DNA from: Diadema antillarum
Taxonomy: Eukaryota
NCBI RefSeq assembly: GCF_040938485.1
Contig: NW_027271670.1
Coordinates: forward strand, 124,001-188,000
DNA: 64,000 bases
Direction: 5' to 3'
Positions 12,901 to 23,064 of this stretch are shown one piece after another (the stretch's first letter is position 1; each line of letters begins with the position of its first letter). The position numbers and the translations under genes are program-made. Below the pieces are notes generated by a model. The model did no database searches. It was given only the letters and a program-made list of their open reading frames with translations, and was not told the DNA's origin.

Positions 12901-15900
12901 AAAATTTCATTTTTCACTGAATGAAATATTCTGTCCATTGTGCGAATGAAAAACATATTATTATTTGTTTTCATAACACCTAAAATAGATCGTTGTCATT
13001 TCATGTTTTATTGATTTAGAAACAAGAGAGAATCTGAGATCAAGAGAGTGCTCACTAATTAAGCACTTTACACAAGCGTGCTGTTATACAAATGATGCAC
13101 AGGATAGAGTGCGTTAGTGGAGACGTAGCGCACTCGAGGGTATTTACAATTGTGAAACATGCACGAGGCGAAGCCGAGTGCATGTTGCACTACATTGTAA
13201 ATACCCGAGAGTGAGCTGCATCTCCACTAACGCCACGAAATAATCCTGTGCATCATTTGTTTTATAAAATGGGTCGAAAACTAACAACATTTTTCACGTA
13301 GCTTTGTGGGTCAATACCAGTCAAAGAGACAAGATGTCCGAAGATGTTTGTCCCAAACATTTACGCACGTCGCACTTGGAAATCCCGCACATATGTATAC
13401 GTACGCCACACATGTTATGCACACAAGAAAGGCCGGCCGGCAGCCCGAACTAGAAGTTGTTTACAGGATTGACAGCGCGTATAGTAGCGCGCGACGCACT
13501 TGTAACAACTGATTGAGTGCGCACTGCTAGTGTAAACATTGTGACGTCAGGCCGTCATGTTAGTGAGAAATTAATACAAGCACACATGACTCATTTCAGC
13601 GCTTCCAATTGGCTACATTCTTGAACCCATTTTATAATGCGTAATAACCTTACACACTGCAAACGCAAGCATTTTACATGCGTAGTGTGCCGGGCTCTTG
13701 GTGTGTGTGCAATAGAGCAAATCGCATGGATCCAAGATTGCGTGGTAAATGGAGCCACAATTGCATGGATGATGATGTCATAGTGAAATGGGCTAAATGA
13801 TCAATGTCAAACAACCAATCAAATGACAAGGATCTATTTAGGCGTTATATATAAAGGATTTAGACCAGTGTAATATAATGGATGTACACCAGTGTAAAAT
13901 AAGAGATGTTGACCTGTGTAGAATAAGAGATGTAGACCAATGTAGAATATACACTTAACCAAAGACATTCAAATCTACGTGACTTCAGGGTTAATTAGGT
14001 AGCTTTTGCATTGAAATGAGGAAAGAGTTCTGTCTGTACCATCACACAAATGAACTCTCATAAATGTTGACCTCCTTGTTCGAGGCATTAATTGGCAAAT
14101 AGTTTTGGTTTCCATGCATATCCTGTTTACATTGATGCACACAGTGAGTAATAACAACACAATCAGTCTTGCACATAATGTGCCATGTCCATAGGTGCAT
14201 GATTGTAGTGCCATGCCAAGTTAAGATGTGCTGTCAGTATTTGTGTGTGTCACAGTGTCATGTTTATATAATGATCACAGTTTTGATAATATTAAAGCCT
14301 AAAGGCCCATTTACACCAAACACAGTAATGGCAATGGTCTGGTTTTTTGCTATGGTGTGCCAAAAGGAACCATGTCTGGTTCTGTTACAATATCACTTCC
14401 CCGCTAATAATTTTGTTGCAAAATTAATCTTCAACTGGTGATTTTCTTGCCCTTGATTTTGACATAAGAATAACATTTTGGGTGATTTTGTGCCAAATTA
14501 CTATTTTTTTTTTTTTTAACAGAACCAGACATACTTCCTTTTGGCGCACCATAGCTAAAAAAACCCCAGACCATTGTCGTTACCATTCTCGGTGTAAACG
14601 CGCCCTAACTCTTCTCTTTCGATCACATTTTGGACAGTGCTGATTCTGTCTGTCTCATGTCAACATCTTTGTACTGTGAAGAGTGGCGATGTGTGCCCTA
14701 TTGAATAATTGATGAGCTTGCTCATGCTCCACAACAAACCTTGACCCAGTTAGCCATTCTTGCATCAAATTGTTTTTATTGCAACTGATCGACAAATGCC
14801 CTTCATCTATGTAAGTGAACACCAATTATCCTGTGTTGTGAAGTAATAGCCATGGTAGAAATTATGAGCATGATTTTTATCACAGCCGTTTCTTTGAAAT
14901 ATTGAACACCGGTAATTGGTGCTTACTGTAAAACATGATATATTCGCGACATGAAATTTTCGCGAATTGGAGACGATGGCCTTTTTGGTGGCATGAAATT
15001 TTCGCGTATTGCCACTGGCGTTCAATGCATATAGTGTAGACAAGAAATTTCGCGTGCATTTTAATTTTGCGAATCTTGGCGCTCGCGAAATTCGCGAAAT
15101 AAAAATGCATGCGAACATTCCTCGTTTTACAGTATTAACATAATGTCAATGAAGGGCAAGTTTTCAATAGTTGCAATAAACCTTGATATGAATGAGCATT
15201 AACACTGTGCAGATATGGGAGTGTAATATGCTTAATATGTAAAAGCACGTTGTCATTTTGGATGTTTACTTCTACTAGAGAGAAAGACACTTACTGGCAG
15301 AGGACGGAGAAGTTGGAGTACCATCGCAAGATGAAGGCATCCGAGCGCTGGATGGATGACAAACAGGTAAGAAAACTCCAGTGGCCACGAAGCAGGTTGC
15401 AGAGTACCAGTATTAATTTTGTTTGTGAGTTCAAAATTTTGGTCCACAGAGATTGGGCACTTTCTGACTGGTGACATTTAGTCTTCGGCAACCAATCACA
15501 TCCTTGGGTTAATTATGCTGCAGATATTAAATTCTTATCTTCATGAGATTGGCAACCTTGTGTTTGACTAAATTTCCTTTAATGAAGAAAGATTTGATTG
15601 ATTCGGTTGAATGTTTTAAATTTGCAGGAAATCAGAAAAAAAAAAAAATCATCCAATCAGGCAAATTGACTTAGTCTTCTTGAATGTGTGACCAATTTAA
15701 GGATCAGATACAAATTTAGCAGTTTCGAAGCTGTTGATAATCCTGCCACTGAAATAGAGTTGTTCTGGAGCATTTTGAGGTCAAAAGTGTAAAATTATAA
15801 AAGTGTACCCGACTTTTTTTCCTGAAGCAACCTCTCCATCCAGTAGCCAGTAGGTAGAATGCTACTAGTATGTGATGATCAAAACTGGCCCTTGCCGCAG

Positions 15901-18900
15901 TATTGAATCGCAGTATTGAATGCAGGTAACTAGTTTCGAATATGATTCATTCTCGCTCGATGGATTCTGCTATGGCCTGATATATTGTAATTGATGTTAT
16001 CGATTATAAAGCATCACATAGCTACCATGATTGGGAATGATTTAAGATTGCAATTCTTTGGGCATACATTTTTGAGTAATATTTCACATTTTCATTACCA
16101 ACTAGAATTGTGTTATCAATATGCGATTTCACACATTTCATATGTACATGTCTCCATTTCAGAGCAAAAATTGACAGTCTCTACAGTCATGTTTTACCTT
16201 TAATGCATATTTTGTATCAAAGAAGTTGCTATTGGTTGTCTTTCCCTCTGAAGGTGACCCTCTGCATGCTGTGTGAATGCGAGTTCAGTCTGACTGTCAG
16301 GAAGCACCACTGCCGACTGTGTGGGAAGATCTTCTGCTCCAAGTGCACCAACTTCTTCGTCCTCACCTCACACAGCAAGTAAGTAGGGCGCTGATGTGGC
16401 TGGGTCCGTAGCTCGCATGTCTTCCTCGTAATCATATGGCTGGGGTTCGATTCCCATTTAGAATAGCTGAGCAATGTTGTGTGTAACTATGCTGTCCCCA
16501 CCAAGTAAGAGGCAAAAACACTCTGTCCCTCAGATAGGACATAAAATAGAGGACCCATGTGTGCGTGAATCATGACTCATGCACATTAAAGATCCCACTC
16601 CACCTCCTTGCAAAGAGGAGGGTGCTAACCCTGCTACTGCTACTACTTTCAATGTCACTACCGCAATACATACACTAGTCGTGCCACCACTACTGACTAC
16701 TTGAATACAAATGATCATGGTAGTATAATAATAAAGTTATTGTGGAAGTAGTAGAAGAAGTAGAATTGCTACTATCAGTTATGTGACGATGATGACAAAT
16801 ATAATTAAAATAAGGTCAGTAATAACAGCAATTTCAATGTTTATAGCAAAAAGAACTAAAACAATAACAATAAGGATTGTTATAACATAGTAATTTTGGA
16901 AATGAAAATGCAGATTATTACCATAATGCACTAGTGATTATTTAATCATAATCAGTATGCTGATGTGGATCATGTAGTTCACACAAATCAGTGATTGCTA
17001 AAATTAGCATTTAAAAGATTAGAGCCATCTATCTGCTGTTAATCAGATGGTTTCTGATTCCTCCTAGAGAAAAAATATTGTATGCTTTTTGTAGTCCATA
17101 TATATTTCATACTGTTTTTTACAGAGAATACATTTTATGTGCCACACTAGGCATAATTAATACTCATGGAAATGGAACTGCCGTGTCGCCTCTCTTGCAG
17201 AAAGAAGAGTCGAGTGTGCGAGAAGTGTTACGTGGTCCACCAGCATTCCTTGGAGGCGCCCAGCGTCAACACCTCCGTGGTATCCCACAACTCCAGTGGA
17301 GACGACCTGGAAGGCAGGAACCCGTTGCCAGGCGAAGAGGGCAACGGGGCCTTGGGGTCCAGCGGGATGGTCAGCGACGAGGCCACCTCGGACATCATGA
17401 CGGACAGTGTGTGCAGCGAGCCCGTCGGAGTGGAGGAGCTGGACTACCATGCTTCTCAAACAACTCAGGAGACCGATGCTTCCAAAGGCCAAAGGTCAGT
17501 TGGGACTACAGATTGAAATACTGGCACAGGGTATACAGTGTCACAACTAGCAAAAAAAAAAAGAATAATGACACTCTCTAAATATTGCATCTCATCACAT
17601 ACGTGTAACTGCTGTATGTATCATCTCCAAGATAGAAACTGCAAACTTACCCTAAGAAAACTTTAAGGCTGTTAGTTAGTCTTATCGCATCACTAAGGTT
17701 CTTCATTGCTGATTTAACCACTTGCAAATTTTCGTGAAATTCCAAATTGGTGAAAAAAAAAAATATTTGCAAAATTGATTGCACATTCAGTGGCTTATTT
17801 TCTTGTATGTTTCAAGCAATTGATGAACTGATGCATGTCCAATGGTAGTGTTCTTGCAGTGGTGTTGCAAAATGGGCCAAATTTTGTCATTATCATCATT
17901 GTTGTCAGCACTGTTTTGACTATTCTCAGAATGAATCCTTTCCACAGTGAAGGCACCTCGAGGAAGCTGCACACGCCATCGCCCGTTCCGACGTCAGAGA
18001 ACACGGCCTCTGAGCCCGACTTCGACATCATCAGTGAGGACGAGGTGACGCAGGCCAGGCAAGATGCTGGGAATACTGAAGAAGAGAGCCGGTGAGTGAC
18101 AGCAATGATGGACAGGAAGTTTAACAGGGCAGCAGGGTGTTAGATGGTCATTATCATCAGACTGCGTGGCTTGCATCAAGGCAACCTCCCCCCCCCCCCC
18201 CTCCTAATTTTATTGTAATACTAATATGCACCATGGGTATTATGAAGTGGTGTGGACCCATTCTGTACCCATAGTGGTATTTCTGCACAGTGCGTGAATA
18301 GAATGCTAAAGATAGTGCAGTTTCATTCTTTATCACAGTGCTGTTTGTTTTCATTTTCCATCAGACAAGATGGCTTCATGAAAAGGAAAGCACAGAAATT
18401 TGTTTGCTTGCTATTTTAATACTCTTTTTACATTTTGATTCTGCAGAATTCATAAGGGGCAAATTTCATCAAACCAGCCACCCAGTGACAAATTAATCAC
18501 CTGAATATTTCCCCATTTATAGTACATACTAGTGTGTTTGTAAAGATATTACGCTAGTAGGAACTTTCCAATGCAATATCCTGTCCTTGCCTACCAGAAT
18601 GAATGGAGACAGCCACCTATTAACCACAGAGGAGTTGGAAGGGGAAGGCGTGTCGGGGGCGGAGGTGGTCGTGGCGGCCTACATGAAGCACGCCCTCACA
18701 GTGGCCATCAATGAAGTGGGACTCATGCTCTGTTGGGAATTTGTCTCATCTCCCAAGGTGAGATTTCATTGCATCTTGTGTCATGTGACTGGTTACTGTA
18801 GAACCAGAAATCTTCACGCGCATGAAACTCGTGAATTTTGCAAGGAGCCATGATTTGTGAAAGTAAATTGCACATGAAGGCTTTTCTCTACACCATCCAG

Positions 18901-21900
18901 TACATGTAGTATGCCCTTAATGTTTTCATGTTTTCCAATTCGAGAAAGTGTCATGCCATGAATGTTTCTGGTGTTACAGTATTCACGTCTCTCACATCAA
19001 CTATTGCCAGCTTGCAAATTCTATTTTTGTATATTTTATGCTATATGTTTTATACGTTCATCATTTTGGGGTTTGTTTGTTTGTTTGTTTTTTTGGGGGG
19101 GTTTCCCATTTCCTTTGCTTTTTTGTATGTGTTTATGTGTGTGTGTTTGGTCAGTAGGGGGTTGGAGATACTTTTAGCACTGTAATAGCATAGCATGTGT
19201 GCGGGGGGGGGGGGGGGGGGGGTTGTTTGTGAGTGATTATTGTGAGCATACTCTGATGCTAACATTCTAAATCAGGGATATTGATTGTCATGTTGTCACA
19301 CCCTTTGTGGTTGTTTACGCTCTCATTAATGCTTGTTATTTAGGAGTAATTAAATTCTTGAAGAAGCTTTGCAAGTTTACAAGTGCCAGTATAGAACAGA
19401 GAGGGTCTCCCATAAGTCTGATGTACAGTAACCATATAATGTCTCTAATTGAGAAAAGCCTCTTCTAGCTTTTGTATGATCAGCGCTCAGTGACAAGGGT
19501 CTCCTGATTGTCATTCATGTCTGAAAGTTCTCATCCCCATGCTGCATCAATTCACTTATGAAAACCTTAGACGGTGTCATACTTGACAGTTGTCAAGTAC
19601 AGTTGAACCTCTCGTATCCGGACAAGTCGGGACCAGGGCTCATCCAGATAAGGGATTTGGCCGGATACGGGAGACTCAATGCTTTATGCATGTACATATA
19701 CATACACATGTACTGATGTCGCCCATTGTAGTACCACATGTAGTACTGTGTATACTGCAACCTTTTCATTGTTACATTTGGGGATGTTTCGGGATGTTGA
19801 AATGTCTGAAGGTAAGCAATTTGGAAGGAAATTTGATGCAATGTATGTTAATCATATTGGAAGTAATATGTAATTCATGTGTGTTTGGGTAGGAGTTCTC
19901 AAGGAGTTGGGAATCCCCCTTTCTTCCCGTAATTATTAAAAATAATCACAGCGAGATTGCGTCCGGATAATAGAGAGATCCGGATAAAGGGAGGCTGGAT
20001 AATAGAGGTTCAACTGTAGCTTACTTTCCTTGTGTTGTCCCATTGTGAAATTTTCTTAACTGGAGGATTAGATTTCTATTAAAAATCACTTCAAAGATCA
20101 GACTTTGAAGGGTTAATGTTGGCAACCCTGTATCTGTCCAGTCATTTAGCCCAATCTCTTTACCAACATGTATTATTCTTTCCACCCAGTCCGCTGAGAG
20201 TACTGGGTTGAGTCTTGAACTCATACTAACTTTTTATGTTACTCTTTTCCAATTTCCTCCATTAGAGCATCGGGTTCTCTGCAACATTCCAGGAGTCGCT
20301 GAGTTCCACAGGGCCTCCGGAGGAGCTGATTCCTCTCTGTCGGTGTAACTCACACCAGCAGGCAATCCAGGGGGAACTCCTGGCCAGGAGACCTGGTGTC
20401 TACACCCTCATCTTTGACAACAAGTTCTCCAGGTGAGTCCCCTGCTTGGTTGCCATGGAGATAAATCAACCCAAATGATCTCCAAGCCAGCACTATTTTG
20501 TGCAGAATTAGGTCATGCAGTGTCAAGTGACTCTCCACCAGGAAACCCTGATAAAGTTGCGAATATTTTTAGCCTCATTTTGGCATATGCAGATTTTCTG
20601 GACTCTAAGCTACGTGTATCCAATTATATCAAGTTTATCCCACTTTATTTTGAAAAATAACCTACCACATAGTATGAAAGCTGGTAAGCAGATCAACACA
20701 GTGTTGAGGAAATTGCCCTTGAAAATCAGATGCAGTACAAGAGTTAGGGAATTCAAAACACCACGTAACATGCTTCATGAGAACTTGCAAAACATTCAAT
20801 TTCAGAACATTCTTATTTTTGGAAACTGTCAAAAGAGACTCAGGATATCAAACTGTCAAATATCACAAGATATTTTTCATTTTGGAAATAGTGATAAGAG
20901 ATATCATGATATTAAACTTTCAAAACTCATCTGCTCCTTGATACATTTACATCTGTAATTTAAAAACATTTTGTATTTCTGAAATTCTGACAAGAGGTAT
21001 TATGATAACAAACTTCTGATATTTGAACAAGTATCACAATTCATACTTTACAGCCATATCCCCTTTGCAGTTCTCCTTGGTAAAATATATCTAACTTTAT
21101 CAGGGTAACATTGTGATGGGTCAGAAATTGAAATTTAGGAAAGATAATTACCCATTGCTTGTGGCACTTAAACATCATCATATCATAATAATATCATATT
21201 CTAATGTAAATAAATTTTTTGATGTCTCCACATACAACATAATTTGTCAAGCAAGGGAGCTAGTCAGTGCTCTCATTTCAACAAGTTTTAAAACTGAATC
21301 CCAGCTGATATACAAAGGGAGAACTTGCTCCTCTGAAACCGAAACCTTGTGTCCGTTTCATGAAAGTCTTTGCAATTAAGACTTCTCTGTCATGAGACAC
21401 ACTTATGAGAGACTTCATGAAATGGATTTTACTTCTCTTTCAAAGTCTCTCATTGCTACATATGAGTGACATTGGCCATTCTGAGATTTATGTGAAGACT
21501 TTATGTGATGTCTTCATGAAAGACGGACCACAGGACAGTATAAGGCAATGTTACAGCAGTAGAGGATAATAATCAATATTTCATGGAGAGCGTGAGGTCA
21601 TTGACAGTGACTGTCCTCCTGACGCATGGATGAGAGTGCAACGATCTACTGTATACTGCCCTCGCAAGGTCAATGGACGGTAAACCTCTCCGCACTCTAC
21701 CGAGAAACTCGAGACGGGGATCCCTACACGGAAATGGACCTGTGGGAACAGTAAAACTTTCCTATCAAAAGTCTGTGCAGGGTTGCCAAAGCTATTCCAA
21801 TCCAAGCTGACATATGAGTAGTTATAAAAGGAGGAGTACATGTACCAACCTGGCACCAGTATACATGCTATCATGACTTTGTACAACTATATCTCCTTCG

Positions 21901-23064
21901 ATAGCACAGCTGCTGGTCACTCTACATTGATAATGATTGTAACAATGATGATGATTACAATGAAAATAGTAGTAGTAGTGATGATAATAGTGATGATAAT
22001 AGTGATGATAATGATGAGGATGATAAAACTTGTGATAGTGATAATAATGATGATAATAATGATTAAAAGAAATAATAATAATAACATGATAACAGTGACA
22101 GCAACAAAAACAATAAATACATGAAAGACAATGCTTACTAATTTTAATGCATTGTTTTTCACTCACCCTTGTTGTGCAAGATGAAGTATGTTTTGCCATG
22201 AAGGAATCAGCCATGGTAGCAGATTTCATGGAGAGTTCAAAAGTTCATAGCATACAGGTGATCATGTGACCTGTCACATGACCCATGTGGTGCAAGCATG
22301 GTGTTGCTGATCTACTTCAGGTGTTACGCAATCCTCTGTGGACTACAGAAAGAAAAGGATATTGACTGTCTTTTCAGTGTTGCACTAATCAATGTCTCTT
22401 GAGACTTGACAGTGCCTCTCCCTGGGATGGGCTATTGTCAAAGGAAGATTTCATTGATTGGACACCATTTTATGCACCCTCTCATTGTACTGGTGACCTG
22501 TGTTAACAGGTGTTCCCAACAAAGGAGAGAGAATGTGAAATATGTCCTTCCTTTACCGTTCCTATAGCTGGACAGTGATGAACGAGACATTCAAAAACCG
22601 AGTTTGTCTGATTTTTAGCTCACCTGAGCCAAAAAGCTCAAATGAGCCATTGTGATCATTTTATCACTCTTTCTATGAGGAGCAGTTTTTTTCTGAGAGA
22701 GTTGACCATGTTGAAATCGCCAATAGTCATACACTTGCAATCATACTCCCTGATATTAAGAAAAAGGCAATGCTTTTCAAGAACCAAAGTTTCTTGTAAA
22801 AAGGGATCCAAATCATATGACCATCAGAATGTAAAATCACCTCAATATTGATCTGAGAATGTGATTTCAATGGAATGCAGCCTAAAATGTTTGATTTTGT
22901 ATTGATGAAGGAGCAGCAATGTTTGTTTTCAATGCATTGAGCAACTGGCAGGATCATCACATTCACAATTGGCCTGGTCTGTCTCTGTTTTTGTCTCTCT
23001 CAGGTTCACCAGTAAAACGGTCAAGTACAGTCTTCAAATCAAGAGGCCAGAAGCTGCATATTGA
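873..23064 (+). CDS. FYCO1: FYVE and coiled-coil domain autophagy adaptor (FYCO1 orthologue), 3' portion. Exons 873-944, 7970-8017, 9139-9257, 15279-15366, 16254-16378, 17201-17494, 17948-18091, 18598-18757, 20266-20432, 23004-23064
   Basis: All exons are AG/GT-bounded with consistent phases (0,0,2,0,2,2,2,0,2) and join into 1278 nt = 425 aa + TGA. FYVE motifs [13 protein letters not shown] and RVCEKC are intact; the pre-FYVE segment [23 protein letters not shown] resembles human [26 protein letters not shown] FDII and C-terminal GOLD ([12 protein letters not shown]...[17 protein letters not shown]) follow in FYCO1 order. Confidence 0.93.
2914..2993. repeat. 26-bp tandem repeat, 3 copies
   Basis: caaattggcaactcacaattttactg units start at 2914, 2940 and 2966. 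Confidence 0.85.
3100..5064. mobile_element. Kolobok-like non-autonomous element with long TIRs, interrupted by a HINE
   Basis: TTAA|AGGACAAGTTCACCTTCAT...ATGAAGGTGAACTTGTCCT|TTAA; imperfect TIRs of about 110 bp. Confidence 0.8.
3213..4627 (+). mobile_element. Helentron-associated non-autonomous element (HINE/DINE-1/pearl-type)
   Basis: 5' subTIR TTAGCTCACCTGAG in a hairpin with CTCAAGTGAGC; (CGTC/CGTCGTC)n microsatellite; about 323-bp tandem units; 3' subTIR CTCAGGTGAGC; 3' hairpin agacccgcgggtct; inserted at a T-run. Confidence 0.85.
6153..6367. mobile_element. TA-flanked MITE
   Basis: TA|CTGTATAAGCGGTTATTTTC...GAAAATAAAAGCTTATACAG|TA. Confidence 0.75.
7970..8017 (+). CDS. FYCO1: Small coiled-coil exon [16 protein letters not shown]
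   Basis: tttctgaag|TTG...TTGCAG|gtgagt, 48 nt, phase 0-0, in frame with the next exon. Confidence 0.75.
8240..8481 (+). mobile_element. 3' end of a CR1/L2-type LINE
   Basis: Stem-loop gggatc...gattcc, T-rich UTR, AATAAA followed by a (TGAAA)n tail. Start approximate. Confidence 0.55.
9139..9257 (+). CDS. FYCO1: Coiled-coil exon [39 protein letters not shown]
   Basis: cactcag|GCG...ATCAA|gtgagt, phase 0-2. Confidence 0.88.
9760..10012. mobile_element. TA-type MITE, degraded
   Basis: CTGTAAAAGCTGTTATCTTT...AAAATAACAGCTTTTAAAG|TA. Confidence 0.65.
12045..12236. mobile_element. TA-type MITE inside the minisatellite
   Basis: TA|CTGTAAAAGTGGAAATTTT...AAAATATCCACTTTTACAG. Confidence 0.75.
12310..13853 (+). 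mobile_element. Two tandem copies of a hairpin-led unclassified element (about 12310-12800 and 12802-13853); copy 2 carries a nested hairpin-led element at about 13085-13650
   Basis: Each copy starts with an imperfect palindrome of about 155 bp and ends ...ccaatcaaatgacaaggatct.tttaggc.ttatata. The insert has its own palindrome of about 180 bp (18-bp perfect outer arms acaaatgatgcacaggat). Confidence 0.75.
14303..14605. mobile_element. PIF/Harbinger-like MITE
   Basis: TAA|AGGCCCATTTACACC...GGTGTAAACGCGCCC|TAA; TIRs of about 85 bp, 3-bp TAA duplication. Confidence 0.8.
14926..15132. mobile_element. TA-flanked MITE
   Basis: TA|CTGTAAAACATGATATATTCGCG...CGAACATTCCTCGTTTTACAG|TA; internal TTCGCG repeats. 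Confidence 0.78.
15279..15366 (+). CDS. FYCO1: Pre-FYVE exon (K)[29 protein letters not shown]
   Basis: ctactag|A...CAG|gtaaga, phase 2-0; contains the WxxD motif. Confidence 0.92.
16254..16378 (+). CDS. FYCO1: FYVE zinc-finger exon [41 protein letters not shown]
   Basis: ctgaag|GTG...AGCAA|gtaagt; canonical R(R/K)HHCR motif. Confidence 0.96.
17201..17494 (+). CDS. FYCO1: FYVE end (KKSRVCEKC) plus acidic Ser-rich linker
   Basis: cttgcag|A...CAAAG|gtcagt, phase 2-2. Confidence 0.92.
17948..18091 (+). CDS. FYCO1: LIR-containing exon ([12 protein letters not shown])
   Basis: ccacag|T...AGCCG|gtgagt, phase 2-2; matches human DAVFDIITDEEL. Confidence 0.92.
18598..18757 (+). CDS. FYCO1: GOLD domain exon 1 (...[14 protein letters not shown])
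   Basis: ctaccag|A...CCCAAG|gtgaga, phase 2-0. Confidence 0.9.
18796..18979. mobile_element. TA-flanked MITE
   Basis: TA|CTGTAGAACCAGAAATCTTCA...TGAATGTTTCTGGTGTTACAG|TA. Confidence 0.7.
19600..20016. mobile_element. pogo/Tigger-type MITE
   Basis: TA|CAGTTGAACCTCTCGTATCCGGA...GGATAATAGAGGTTCAACTG|TA, with subterminal CCGGAT repeats. Confidence 0.8.
20266..20432 (+). CDS. FYCO1: GOLD domain exon 2 ([10 protein letters not shown]...[10 protein letters not shown])
   Basis: ccattag|AGC...TCCAG|gtgagt, phase 0-2. Confidence 0.93.
21349..21531. mobile_element. Harbinger-like MITE
   Basis: GTCCGTTTCATGAAAG...CTTCATGAAAGACGGAC terminal inverted repeats. Confidence 0.55.
21929..22110. repeat. (GAT/AAT/AGT)n trinucleotide low-complexity tract
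   Basis: gtgatgataata-type units; explains the His- and Ile-rich spurious ORFs here. Confidence 0.85.
22612..22660 (+). mobile_element. Isolated 5' end of the same HINE family as 3213-4627
   Basis: tttttagctcacctgagccaaaaagctcaaatgagccattgtgatc. Confidence 0.7.
22690..22930 (-). mobile_element. Degenerate LINE APE-endonuclease fragment
   Basis: Frameshifted ...ILGCI... / ...[15 protein letters not shown]; GDFN at 22710-22721 is the conserved endonuclease motif. Confidence 0.4.
23004..23064 (+). CDS. FYCO1: Terminal coding exon (R)[19 protein letters not shown]-stop
   Basis: ctctcag|GTTC...TAT TGA; matches human RFVSKKVFYHLTVDRP. Confidence 0.9.

Larger units (their letters stand above)
11670..13950. 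repeat. Degenerate 24-bp minisatellite interrupted by several insertions
   Basis: Consensus about tagcccagtgtagaataagagatg, seen at 11670-12040, 12240-12300 and 13855-13950. Confidence 0.8.

Noticed and set aside
11670-13950. Regularly spaced short repeats resembling a CRISPR array
   Set aside because: The units are contiguous degenerate tandem repeats with no unique spacers and no cas genes, in a eukaryotic intron.
21822-22229. His-rich and Ile-rich ORFs of 81-135 aa
   Set aside because: Products of a trinucleotide low-complexity tract.
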